The position numbers and the translations under genes were made by a program. From Octopus bimaculoides (Eukaryota): a stretch of 64,000 nucleotides of DNA. Below, in pieces: positions 26,400 through 38,585 of the stretch. The stretch spans positions 25,659,512 through 25,723,511 of the forward strand of contig NC_068990.1 in the NCBI RefSeq assembly GCF_001194135.2, written 5' to 3'. The number at the start of each line of letters is the position of its first letter. Within the stretch, counting starts at the first letter, position 1. The notes below the pieces were generated by a model. The model searched no databases and was not told where the DNA came from. It worked only from the letters and a program-made list of their open reading frames with translations.

Positions 26400-26815
26400 T
26401 CCACTTTTCTCTGCACAATTCTTTGCCTTTTTATTGAACTCTGGAAAGTCTTTTGAGTTGCAGGTGTTGGGTAGAAGAGGGCAGACAAAGCAGTGCTCCA
26501 CAGTATGGTCTGCTACTCCACATTCACAGGTGGTTGGGTCAGTCTAGTATCCCCATCTGGCCGAAGAAACTTTTCATTGTCCCGTTATCGTTCTTCGGCA
26601 CCGAATCCATGATACTTCTGAGCCAGGAAGAAGGTCTTCAGAAAATGTGGGGGGGAGGGGGGATTTCCAACATCAATTGGAGAAGGGGACGTTTTCAAGC
26701 TTTTACATCCTGAGTTGGAGTCTGGTTTCCTCTCGAGAGGGAGGCCTTAGGCTCTTACCAAAAAAGGCCTGTAACAGTATCAAAAATGCTATACACCTTA
26801 GCTAGAAGTGAAGGG
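26400..26815 (-). mobile_element. Non-LTR retrotransposon ORF2 C-terminal remnant (RTEX/I-like) with a Cys/His knuckle
   Basis: Minus strand LPGSEVSWIRCRRTITGQ*KVSSARWGY*TDPTTCECGVADHTVEHCFVCPLLP follows the W..RTG......WG....C.CG...T..H...CP pattern. Confidence 0.7.
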
Positions 26816-27506
26816 GGGGGGATAGAAAGCAGGGGNNNNNNNNNNNNNNNNNNNNNNNNNNNNNNNNNNNNNNNNNNNNNNNNNNNNNNNNNNNNNNNNN
26901 NNNNNNNNNNNNATAATACATTCACCTGTGTACTGTCTACCAGTGTCAATATTTCCACTTTCATTTGTGATCAAAATCCAAAAGAATGCCTAAGTTTTAA
27001 CAGTGGGGAATTTCAGCGTACACATTGTCGACAACGTTGGCGACATATTGACATTGTCACCTAGACTGTGTTGTTATTGACAGAGCTTTGTACATAGATG
27101 TAATTGCGTAAAAGCTAAAACGAGTATTTGGAGTGTAAGAGTAAATGACAGGTCGATGTACTTTCCAAGGTCAGACACGACTGTCACGAACAAGCAATTA
27201 TTTTAATTGTTACAGATACATAAACACTATACCAGTGAAAAATGAATGATAACGATTTTTTTAAATCTTGTAATTTATTGCCTACTATTAGAATCCAGTT
27301 TATTGCATAAGAATTATGCAATTAACACCAAGACTATGCAATTAAGTGGAATCTGTGAACATGCGCGTAGGCTTATGTATACACAAGACTTGCTATCTTG
27401 GTATACAAGGTAACCAATAGCTACTCAAAATAAAACTACAAATATTATTAAATAGAATATATGTATATATATAAAAAAATGTGTGCATACACACACATGC
27501 GTGCGC

Positions 27507-27897
27507 GTGGCTGTGTGGTAAGAAGCTTGCTTCCCAACCACATGGTTCCTGGTTCAGTCCCACAGTGTGGCATCTTGGGCAAGTGTCTTCTACTATAGCC
27601 TTGGGCTGACCAAAATCTTTTGAGTGGATAGGTAAACGGAAACTGAAAGAAGCCCATCACACACACGTGTGTGTAGCTATGTATGTGTGTCTTTGTGTCT
27701 GTGTTTGTTCCCCCCTCACCACTTGACAACTGGTGTTGGTGTGTTTACACTCCTGTAACCTAGTGGTTCAGTAAAAGAGACCAATAGAATAAGTACTAAA
27801 CTTTAAAAAATAAGCTGTGGGGTTGACTTGTTCGATTAAAACCCATCAAGGTAGTGCTCCAGCATGACCGCAGTCAAGATTACTGAAACAAGTAAAA

Positions 27898-27899
<2 letters not shown>
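27507..27899 (+). mobile_element. SINE family A, full-length copy
   Basis: Same head, CTTGGGCAAGTGTCTT core, internal (GT)n and GCTCCAGCATG...ACTGAAAC tail as 52481-52890. Confidence 0.85.
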
Positions 27900-27930
<31 letters not shown>

Positions 27931-28739
27931 NNNNNNNNNNNNNNNNNNNNNNNNNNNNNNNNNNNNNNNNNNNNNNNNNNNNNNNNNNNNNNNNNNNNNN
28001 NNNNNNNNNNNNNNNNNNNNNNNNNNNNNNTCACCATCATCTCTTTCCTCTTTATCTACCTTGGGTGGCCATGTAATCTCCTCTACAGAAAGACACCTAT
28101 GCCTGTCAACACCTAGCATAAAGGCACCTTGCTCGATACCTCTCTGCCTCAATCACGGCGTCTTACCTTGTAGGTTATGTAGTGTCCTCACTAGTGCCAG
28201 TGCTATGAACAAATGTACTCAATACATTCTGCAAAGTGGTTGGCATTAAGAAGGGCATCCAGCTCTTAAAATCTTGCCAAATACATTGAAGTTCAACTGG
28301 CCTCCAGCTTGTCAGATCCTGTTGAATTGTCTGACCCATGCCAGCATGAAAGAGTTAACTAGACATGTTAAATGATGGTGTTGAAATATAAAAAGTAACA
28401 GATCTAAAATTTATTATAAAAAAATGTTAGTTTAATATATGGAATTTAGTAAATTGATATTCAGATGTTAAACAAGCACAGACAGTATCCATTAGCTTTC
28501 AGGTTAAATGTGTAATTACAGACGGTTATTGTTGTTATTTGTCATGTTATGTGCTGTAAATTCAATTCCAGAAGGCCTTAGCCCTTGATATATCTTGTTA
28601 CAGATTGAAAGTATGTGCATATGTAGTTACTTCTAATAACAGAGACAATTTTAAGATATATCATTTCATGTGAGAGTATAAAGTAGCAATGAGGAACATG
28701 TGTGTGTGCATGTACGTGTGTGTGTGTGTGTGTGTGTGT

Positions 28740-29957
28740 TGGATCCTCCTATAAATATGGCTGTTTTTATACTTCTTTTATTTTTCAAAATTAAGATAGT
28801 TCTTTTTTTAATCTAAAATATACTTTCCTTCATTTTTTTACAATGCTCTTCCGTCTATCTGGTAGACTTGTAAGGCCCCTCTTCCAAAATTCACTTGTCC
28901 ATGAGGTAAAATACTCCTCCAGTACTGTTCTGACCTTGTCTACAGAATATTTTTTCCATCCAAATGATTTTGAAGAAGGCAGAATAAATGATAATCAGAT
29001 TGGGCAATGTCTAGTGAATATGGTGGATGGGGCTTGGTTTCCCATTCAAACTGCTCCAGCCTTTGGAATGTTATCCTCGCTGTATATGGCTGAGCATTAT
29101 CCTGATGGAAGAGCACCTTTTGTCTTGAAACCAAGCATTGGTTGTTTTTCTTTTAGCGCTGACTTAAGTTACTCAAGCTGTTCACAGTAGATCTCTGTTG
29201 TTATCATTTGATTTGGCTTTAAAAGTTCAGAGTGGACTAAACCTTTCATATCCCACAAAACACATAACAACACCTTCTTTAGCCTAGGGTGCTGGTGTTT
29301 TTCCTTTCCCTACCCACTGTCTTTGGCACTTGACATTTTTATAGAGAACACATTTCTTGTCACTATTTGGGTCCATAAAAAGTTCATTTGTGAGAAGTGA
29401 CAGTGTACGATTAGACTTGGAAAGTTTGTGAGGAACCTATTGACCCAATTTGTTGACTTTTCTGATGGCATGCATTGATGAATGGTTGACTGACCAAATC
29501 CAAGCTTCTCTGCTAGTTCCTCAACAGCTACGATGGGATTTTGTTCCACCAGGGTTTTGCAAGATGTACTCATTGAGCTCTACAGGTCTTCCAGGATGAG
29601 GCTTGTCTTCTAGGCCATAGTTTCCAGCTCAGAATTTCTGGAACCACTGATGACACTGGCTTACGCTTATTGTTCGATCCCCATATACTGCATTAATATT
29701 CCTCGCACTTTCCGTTGTGTTGTTGCCTTTATTGAACTCATAAAGCAAAATATGCCGAATATGCTCCTTTGTCACTTCCATTATAGCTTTGAAAAAATAA
29801 CTGTTAAAATCGAACTGCACTCTTCAAAACTTGCACTAAGAATAAGTATAAGGGATAATTACTACCTGCTTTTATAGCAAGTTGATGCAGGTAGTTTATC
29901 CTGTCCTCTGACTTTTAGTTCATACAATTGAAAAAAACCCACATTATTTATGGGATG

Positions 29958-29961
<4 letters not shown>
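28740..29961 (-). mobile_element. Decayed full-length mariner transposon
   Basis: Transposase fragments MEVTKEHIRHILLYEFNKGNNTTESARNINAVYG...QWFQKF (ATG at 29781), VEELAEKLGFGQSTIHQ and HQDNAQPYT...PHPPYSLDIAQSDYHLF. Decayed TIRs GGATCCTCCTATAAATA (28741) and rc GGGTCATCCCATAAATA (29961), with TA on the right flank. Length ~1.2 kb. Confidence 0.9.
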
Positions 29962-30016
<55 letters not shown>

Positions 30017-30043
30017 TATTATTTTATGTTGATTAATTTGCAT

Positions 30044-30397
30044 TTAACAGTGGAACTCGAAGTAGAGAAAGCTTTATAAATAATCCTTTCTTCTATAGGC
30101 AGAAGGCCTGAAATTTTGGGGAAAGGGGCTAGTTGATTGACCCCAGTGCTCAACTGGTACTTTATCAACCCTGAAAGGATAAGTCACTCAGAATGTAAAT
30201 CCAGAGGAAATGTTGCTAAACATTTTGTCCAACAGGCTAACAATTCTGCCAGCTCATCATAATACGTAAAGAATGGGTGAAAAAGTCAAAGGCTGTCTCA
30301 TAGGACAGCCTTTGACTTTTTCAATTCAAAGGGTTTTTGAGCCCAATATTTTCACACTATTATTTATAGCCTTATCTACTTGACGTTCCACTGTTAA
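30044..30397. mobile_element. MITE with ~38-bp TIRs, TTAA ends and a central palindrome, carrying an inserted SINE fragment; related decayed copy at ~41045-41225
   Basis: TTAACAGTGGAACTCGAAGTAGAGAAAGCTTTATAAATAA versus rc of TTATTTATAGCCTTATCTACTTGACGTTCCACTGTTAA. Perfect 19-bp inverted repeat at 30279-30297 and 30304-30322. Confidence 0.7.
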
Positions 30398-30534
30398 AAA
30401 CAAATTATTTCTCATCTGTTGAAATTTCTAAATTCTTATTTCTTAAACAGCTTCGTGTGTTGTTTCCTTTTTTTTTTTTATCAAAGATGGTGGTCATTTT
30501 GATTATGACTATATTAGGCAAGATTACATGCATA

Positions 30535-30870
30535 TATCATCGTCATCGTCGTTTAATGTCCGCTTTCCATGCTAGCATGGGTTGGACGATTTGACTGAGG
30601 ACTGGTGGACCAGGAGGCCACACCAGGCTCCAATCTGATTTGGCAGAGTTTCTACTTCCTAACGCCAACCACTCCGAGAGTGTAGTAGGTGCTTTTACGT
30701 GCGACTGGCACAAGGGCCAGTCAGGTGGGTACTGGCGACGGCCACGCTCGAAATGGTGTATTTTATGTGTCACCTGCACAGGAGCCAGTCCAGCGGCACT
30801 GGCAACAATCTTGCTCGAATGTCTTTTCACGTGCCACTGGCACAAGTGCCAGGAAGGCAACGTTGGTAAC
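30535..30870 (-). mobile_element. SINE/LINE-tail family B with (GAT)n tail and internal ~65-bp tandem units
   Basis: Family motif AAAAGCACCCACTACACTCTCGGAGTGGTTGGCGTTAGGAAGGGCATCCAGCTGTAGAAA...CCCATGCTAGCATGGAAAGCGGACGTTAAA(CGA/TGA)n. Other copies at ~13440-13625, 15825-15975, 31140-31325, 43743-44060, 47255-47460, 50075-50420, 52060-52230, 54130-54300, 61845-62010, 62820-63040 and 63445-63605. Confidence 0.85.
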
Positions 30871-31930
30871 AATCACGGTTGCATATATAAGTGTACATAT
30901 ATATGTGTACATATATGTATATGTCCTTGCATATTGCTACCATTCTCTCTTGCTCTCTGCTACTTTCATTTTCTCTCTCTGATGGGGGATAACCAAGTGT
31001 CTTCTCCATGACAACACACTTGTTTCTGTCCCCCTGTCATAGATAACCTTTCATCACCTGACACAAAGCCACCTCCTTCAACACTACTCCCTCTCTCAGT
31101 TGAAGGGTTTTTGTCTTGTAAATTATATGGTGACCTCACTGGGGTCACATAAAAAGCACCCAGTCCACTTTGTAAAGTGGTTGGCATTAGGAAGGGTATC
31201 CAGCTGTAAAAACCATACCAGAGTACAAGAGTGGTGCTTTGCTAAGTTTCTGGGCTTACCAGCTCCTGTCAAAGCATCCAACTCATGCCAGCATAGAAGA
31301 CAGACGTTAATGATGACGACGACGATGTGTATATATATACTGTATAGAGTCAGGAAATGTGAGAGGTGAATATAGATTTATTTGACCATGTGACTTCAAA
31401 GAATTACGGCCATTTCACAATGTTTGCTTCAATAACGTTTACTCAACCTGCTGATTTCACGCTTTATATACTCCTCTCAGATTTAATTTATCGCTCGGAT
31501 TTTTAACATTTTCTGTTACATGGACGGCACTTTTACACTACTCTGTGATTGATTATTATTTGGACTCCTAGCCAAATCCATAGCACGAGTTTACTTGTGA
31601 CGGCCGAACGATTCTCAGAATCCATATTTTGTACTATTATATAAAACGGTGCACCTCATGCTCTCTGTAAAATGGTTAATGGTAGAATAGATATTTAGTC
31701 ATAAAAGCCATGCTTGACCTGTCTGCAAGGACAGTAAATCGAACCATAATGATCTGCCCATTCCACATAGGCATGGAAAAGCGGATGTAAAATTCTGCTG
31801 CTTCTCGTTATACATATACGCAGAGGTTGTCTACACAACACACACGCACTCTCTCTCTCTTTTCCCCCTCTCTCTATGTACGTATGCATGTGTGTGTATG
31901 TATGTGTGTGTGTATCTCTCTCTCTGTATG

Positions 31931-31980
<50 letters not shown>

Positions 31981-33018
31981 NNNNNNNNNNNNNNNNNNNN
32001 NNNNNNNNNNNNNNNNNNNNNNNNNNNNNNNNNNNNNNNNNNNNNNNNNNNNNNNNNNNNNNNNNNNNNNNNNNNNNNNNNNNNNNNNNNNNNNNNNNNN
32101 NNNNNNNNNNNNNNNNNNNNNNNNNNNNNNNNNNNNNNNNNNNNNNNNNNNNNNNNNNNNNNNNNTATATATATATATATATATATCGTGTTTGTCTACA
32201 TGCTCACACGTGTTGATATAGTGTGTGGTATGTCTGTTATTTTTTTTTTTTCTTAATCTTCTTTTACTCAATATATGCCGGAAGTTCATCTGCAGTATGT
32301 TGTTCTTGTAATCCTATATTCACGACTCGAGATCGATCTAGGAACGTCTATTACTGAATTATGTTTGAAACAAACTTACATCGACACTTCAAATGCTGTT
32401 CATTTGGGTGCCTCCTTTTCATCTCCTTTCTCTCTCACTCATCCTCCACCCTCCTTTACACACACCATTCTACAGATTGTTTCTCTTTCTATATGTCTCG
32501 TCTTCGTCTCACTTTTTCTGTCTGTTTGTCTATCGCTGTCTTTTCTCTCTCTCTCACAATTTTCCTGTTTCTATGCTCCGGTCCATGCATTTTCATGTCT
32601 CTTTTTTCCTCCCTTTTTTCTTTCTTTATTCTCCTCTCTTTTTATACCTTTCTCTCTCCCCCTTTCCCTCTCTCACCCCTCCCCTTTCTCCTCTCTATAT
32701 ATCTCCCCCTCTTTCTGTTTCTCTCTCTTCCTCCCTCTCTATGTCTCTCTCTCTCGCTGAAATACTAACACTTTGTGGTATCTCTTTCACTCTCTCTCCT
32801 GTCTCTGCTCTCTTTCCTTTCACTCCTTCGCTTTCCTTTTATGCTTTCTCTTTCCTCTCTCCTCTCACCACCACCGACACATTACACAACAGTTTTAAAT
32901 CCCCTCTCCTCCTTCTCTCTTCTCTCTCTTTTCTTTCTCCTCCTCCCAAACACTTCTCACAATCCATTCTGTCAATGTCAGTCCGTCAGTCTTAATTCTA
33001 ACCTTCATTTCAACACAA

Positions 33019-33125
<107 letters not shown>

Positions 33126-36100
33126 CCTCATTCTTTCTCCTCTTACTGTTTCGGATTTCCCCCGACGTGGTAGCGACCAGAATTTCCTGTATTCTTTTTA
33201 TATAGGTTGTTCTATGTTAGGCTTCTTTCTATTTATTTAATTTTTTTGTTGCTTGTTGCGATTCTTTTAGAGTGTTTAAATCTTTTAAAAGACTTTTTTC
33301 TATCCAAAATGCTATTTTCAGATAATTGTGTTGTTTTCCTCACTACCTCCATCAAATGAATAGAATAAATAAAATATATATAAATGAAATGGGTTAAAAA
33401 AAAAAAGAATATAGAAATAAAAAAATCTAAAAAAAACAACAAAAAACTCAAATTACAAACAAGTAAAAATATAAACAAAAACAAAAATTTGTTATTGATT
33501 TCTTATAATTTGGTAGAAAACAGCAAATTTATTGGAGAAGAAACTGAGATTATGTGATGTTCATGTTGTTCTCAAGAGCAGTAGTCGTGTAATTAGGAGG
33601 GGGTCGGTTCCTACCAGGAAACAGAGCTAGGTTATGAATTTAGTCTGTCATTCAATCCTCTGCAATTTAGTACTGAAATTTTTGATTCTTCAATGCAAGA
33701 ACTAACCAGTTTAGTAACTATTAGCGCTGCAAACATTAACTATAGACATCTTAAAAGGAATTATCAGAAAACTGCTGAGGTTAATTATGTCTGCTTTAAA
33801 CTCGATTCTTTTGTACATATTTGGTGGATGTTTTGATCTGATATCATTTGGTGAATGGAAGAATCATCACTACTGCCATAGACAACAAATTGGCAGAGTT
33901 TAGAGAACACAACATGAAGGATGAAGGAGGGAACATGAGGAACTTTCTTAATATAGAGGAGATACAGGGTTAGCAAACATATAATGCCAGTCATTTTCCA
34001 GAGTGTACTGGGTGCTTTATCCATGGCACCAGCACTAGTGAGGTTGCTATACTCCTAAGACTAAAGAATGCTCTTGACTTTATACTAGTTGTTGAGAGAA
34101 TAATCCTTTAGCACATAAGCTGTCCATTTCAGGCCCTAATATTCTACAAGTTTTAGGTTCAAAATGATCAGATCCAGCCTCTCACACCTACCCAACAGTC
34201 ATTCTAGAAATATGCAATCACATCATTGAAATGTTGAAGCTAGGAGATAATGCATGATTAATTCCAAGCAATGTGAATAAATAAGTATTACAGTTGACAG
34301 AATAATCTGGTTGCTAAAGAAATAAATTATGAAGATAGACTGGAACAGGTGTGTTGCTGTAGAGGAGGTCCATGACTACCTCACATTATATAAAGGTAGG
34401 TGTGAGTAATTGTGATGGAACTAGAAAATGAGATAAAGACAGGGATGACAAGACCACAGTGTTGGGACCACAAAATGATGATGAGTGTTGAAAAATTGTA
34501 AAAGATTATAGGCACAGGAGTAGCTGTATAAGGGCAGGTGTAGGTGTGTGTTTCAGAACCTTGCTTCTCAATCGTGTTGTCTCAGGTTCAATCCCACTGC
34601 ATGGCATTTTGGGAAAGTGTCTTCTATGATAACCCCAGGTTGACCAAAACCCTGTGAATGGATTTGGCAAACACAATGTGCATATGTAAGTATGTTCATC
34701 ATAATTACAGATTTAACATCTGATTTGTTTTTCCTCTGATAAAATGGCTTTGGCAGATCTTCTGTATGGCATTTTGCCAACTTTTGAATCTTGTCATCTT
34801 GTCTGAAGTCAACTTCCTGATATCCAGCTTCTTCAATGTCTTCCTTGTTCTTTCTCTGCCATCATCATTATCATCAGTTAACCTCCATCTCTCCTGCTGG
34901 CATGAGCTGGATGACTTGAAAGGATTGAACAAGACAGAGGACTGTGTAGGGGTTCAGTGTCATCTTTGGCATGGTTTCTATGGCTGGATGCGCTTCCTAA
35001 TATGCCAGTCACTTTACAGAATGAAGTGGGTTTCATTTTTGTGTGGCACCAATTAAGTGCCAGGTAACTCACAAGACAAAGAACAAAAAAAAAAAGTCTC
35101 TCACTCAAGTGAGTGGGGTTGTAGCAGAAGGAGAAGGGGTTTTATGTCAGATTTTAGATGCCAGAGTATAATAGAGAGATACGTACAAGTATTTTGTTAT
35201 GGAAGAGATATAAGACTCTCATTATATAATAGTAGTGGGGAGTAGCTGGAAAGAGAGATAAAGATGTTGGTGATAATGTGACAGAACCTGTTCTCAGAAT
35301 GTAACAAATGGTACTTCTTTACTAAACAGGTGTCATCAATTTACAAGACTTTCTCTCTGTCTGTCTGTCTCCCCCCCCTACACACAATGGTTGAGACTTA
35401 TAATGCTTCACCTCTCTCTCAGTTCAAGTGTTCTCCATCTTCCATGCAAGTTAACATTGCACATCCAACTGATCATACTTGTTTCTCTCCACACTCTGAT
35501 GAGCTTCTGTATGACAAAAGATGATGATGGAGCCAGTTGTTATCACTGGAACATTAACTAGAATAAAGCAAGTTATAAAAGATGTGTGTGTGTGTGTGTG
35601 GATGTGTGGATGTGTGTGAGAGAGACTTGTACTTATGATGAGGGATATTGTTATATGGACTGTTGGATATGTTATTCGTCTGACGTTCAGTGTGTCATTG
35701 TGGTTCGTCTGAGTTCATTGTTTCATTGTTGTTGTCTTGTGTGACTGCCGTAGTAAAATGTCATTGATATATATGGCGGACATGATTCTTGTTTATTCAT
35801 AACGAACATTGGGTGAGTGCGTTCTTTGTATGTAATTGAATAATAAATGTAATAATTAAATTGGACAACTCGTTGTGTTATCTCTGCGAGTCTTCCGAGG
35901 GAAATACAACAGATATTGTTTCTCAACAGCAGCCTTATGTGTTTTGTTCTTGTGCTGAAAGTGCTTTGATATTTCCAAGTAGACATGGCTGTGCGGTTCA
36001 AACGCTTCTCAACTGTGTGGCGTCAGGTTCATTTCCATTGCATGGCACCTCGGGTGAGTGTCTTCTACTTTAACCCCATGTTGACCAAAACCTTGTTGGT

Positions 36101-36792
36101 GGATTTGTGGACAGACTCTGAAAGAAGCTCTGTGTGTGTGTGTGTGTGGAGGTGCATGTTTTTGTGGTAAGGGTGTTGGATTCATGATTGTAAGATTGTG
36201 GTTTCAATTCCTTGACTGGGCGATGTGTTGCAAAACACTTCATTTCACTCAGCTGGTTAGAATGAGTAACCCTGTGATGGATTGGCGTCCTATCCAGGGG
36301 AAAGCATGTGCCAAGTAAACTGGGAAACCGGTCCTGTGAGCCTATATGACTCTGGAAAGATCTTTATCCATTTACTTATATATGTGGGTGTGTGTGTGTG
36401 TGCACATGGTACATGCATTAAGTACATGTACCAACATAAGCATTTATCAAAGCAACTTACTTAAATCAATGGGATAGTTTTGTATTTTACAATTTCCCTT
36501 TGGGGGTGGGAGGAGCGTTTTCCTTCTTTATCTTCTCTCTCTCTCTTTCTCTTTTTATTCGTTTTGCATAAGGGTGGAGTCACACTTTACACATCGTGTA
36601 TATGTTGCAGAAATCTGTCTAAAAAAAAAAAAATTACTGGAAACATATATGCAAAAAATAAATAAGAAAAAAAAAGAAGTTGTCTGTTGCCTATAGATTA
36701 TTTCACTTCTTCCTAGCTGTCACCCTTGTATAATATTTGTCTGCTTTTTAACAAGGCAGGCTGGTTTCAACTGAGACACACACACACACACT

Positions 36793-36848
<56 letters not shown>

Positions 36849-37214
36849 CACACACAGACGCAGGACAAATACTTTGACATACATCCAGAACTAGTGTCTT
36901 CTATAAATAACTAGCGGCTGGTGGTGGTGGTGGCGCAATAGCTTTTCTCTTTAAAGAGAAAATAGAGTGGTGATGTGGTGGTGGTGGTGGTGGTGGTGGG
37001 GGAATGGGGAACAAACAATGTGTGTTTATTTGAATTTAGTTTCATTTATTTTCGGTGGTAATACAATTCTTTTTGCTGTTCTCTCTTTCTCTCTCTCTTT
37101 TTTTCAGTTAGTATTTCAAACCACTGTACTTCAGTCCATGCTGCAGTACTGCCATGGTGCTGGGAAGTTATACTTCTAATTTTGGTTATTAGTCAGAGAA
37201 TATGTGTGTATGTA

Positions 37215-37247
<33 letters not shown>

Positions 37248-38109
37248 ATATATACATATATATATATATGTATACATACACACACACACTTACATGCATA
37301 CACATTCACAGATATACATATATACATATGTATGGATTTATATAAAATTTCGACATTAGGTTTTGAATCTGGCAGGTGTTGGTTGGGTCATTTGCAAGCT
37401 GAATCATTTCCTTTTCCTTACAAGGAGCAATTGTTCTCCCAGACTGGTGCTCACACATGTCATTCTGACTTGCTTTCTATGGCCAGATGGTCTTTCCAAC
37501 ACCAATCACTACACACAGTGTATTGGATACATTTTTTCATGACACCAATATTGAAGAGGTTGACTAAAGGGACTTAAGACCTTCAAGCACTCTTTCCTTC
37601 CTTGTTTGCCAACCACTTAGGTGTATATTAGGTGTGTTTTGTGATTGTTACTAGCATTATAGACATTCTCCATTTTCCAGTCATTCTGGTGTGATGTGTA
37701 GCAATGGAAGTGGCCTGGTGGTTAGTGTGTATGGTGGTTGGTTGTGGAGAAAGATGAAGTTAAGTGTTGTGATAGAGAGAAAACTATAGACAGGAGAATG
37801 GTCTGATGTAATCTCTTACATAAACCCAGAGGTCATTAGTTCAAGTCCAGGCTTTTCTGGGCAGAATATTTTATTCTACCTAGCTGTTGGAAGTTTGTTA
37901 CCAGATTACTTGAGAATGTCACTAGCAATGATAATGACAAACAAAAGTTCAAATCCTTGTTGTACCCAGGGATTTGAACATACAGGGACCTAACATATAC
38001 CTACCTTAAAATGACTTTGTGTTTAATGTTATATGGAAGACATGGGACAAAGTGGTGAGAAAGGATCTTCAGACATTAGGTATCACTGAGGAGATGACAA
38101 GGAACTGAG

Positions 38110-38585
38110 ACTTCTGGTGATTTTCTGCCACTGAACAATTGATGAACATGTTGATATGACTGGTGTGTCCTGGAGCTCCTGCCAACGAATTTTGAGCGAG
38201 GATTTGCAAAAGAAAAGAGTTGCAGCAAAATTTGTGCCTCATTTGTTCACGGAAGATCAAAACCAATCATGACTGGATGCGTGTCATGAACTGAAAGAAC
38301 AGTTGGAAATTGATTTGGACCTTTTTTTGAAGGTCATCACTGGTGATGAAAGCTGGTGCTATGGAATTTGCAGACGTGGAAGAGGTGAAGGAAAAAAACA
38401 ATGGAAGCATTAAAAGGCATCAGTTTGCAAGAGTTCCAACACTGCTTTGAACAATGGCAAATGCATCTAGACTGATGTATTGCTTCAAATGGAGAATACC
38501 TTGAAGGTGATAAATGTATAAACATGTAAAACTAAGTGAATAAAATGATATTGCAAAATTCTGGGTTTTTTTGTGGGGTACCTCC
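38110..38585 (+). mobile_element. Internally deleted mariner transposase relic, distinct from the 28.7-30.0 kb element
   Basis: LSEDLQKKRVAAKFVPHLFTEDQ...LKVITGDESWCYG, then an abrupt jump at ~38365 to the C-terminal FADVEEVKEKTMEALKGISLQEFQHCFEQW...CIASNGEYLEGDK. A short RTE 3' piece (RKTWDKVVRKDLQTLGITEEMT, ~38035-38100) precedes it. Confidence 0.85.

Noticed and set aside
31363-31645. GPCR-like snippets (YILLSDL; LLVTAERF)
   Set aside because: They need two frameshifts and have no further transmembrane segments. Consistent with chance.
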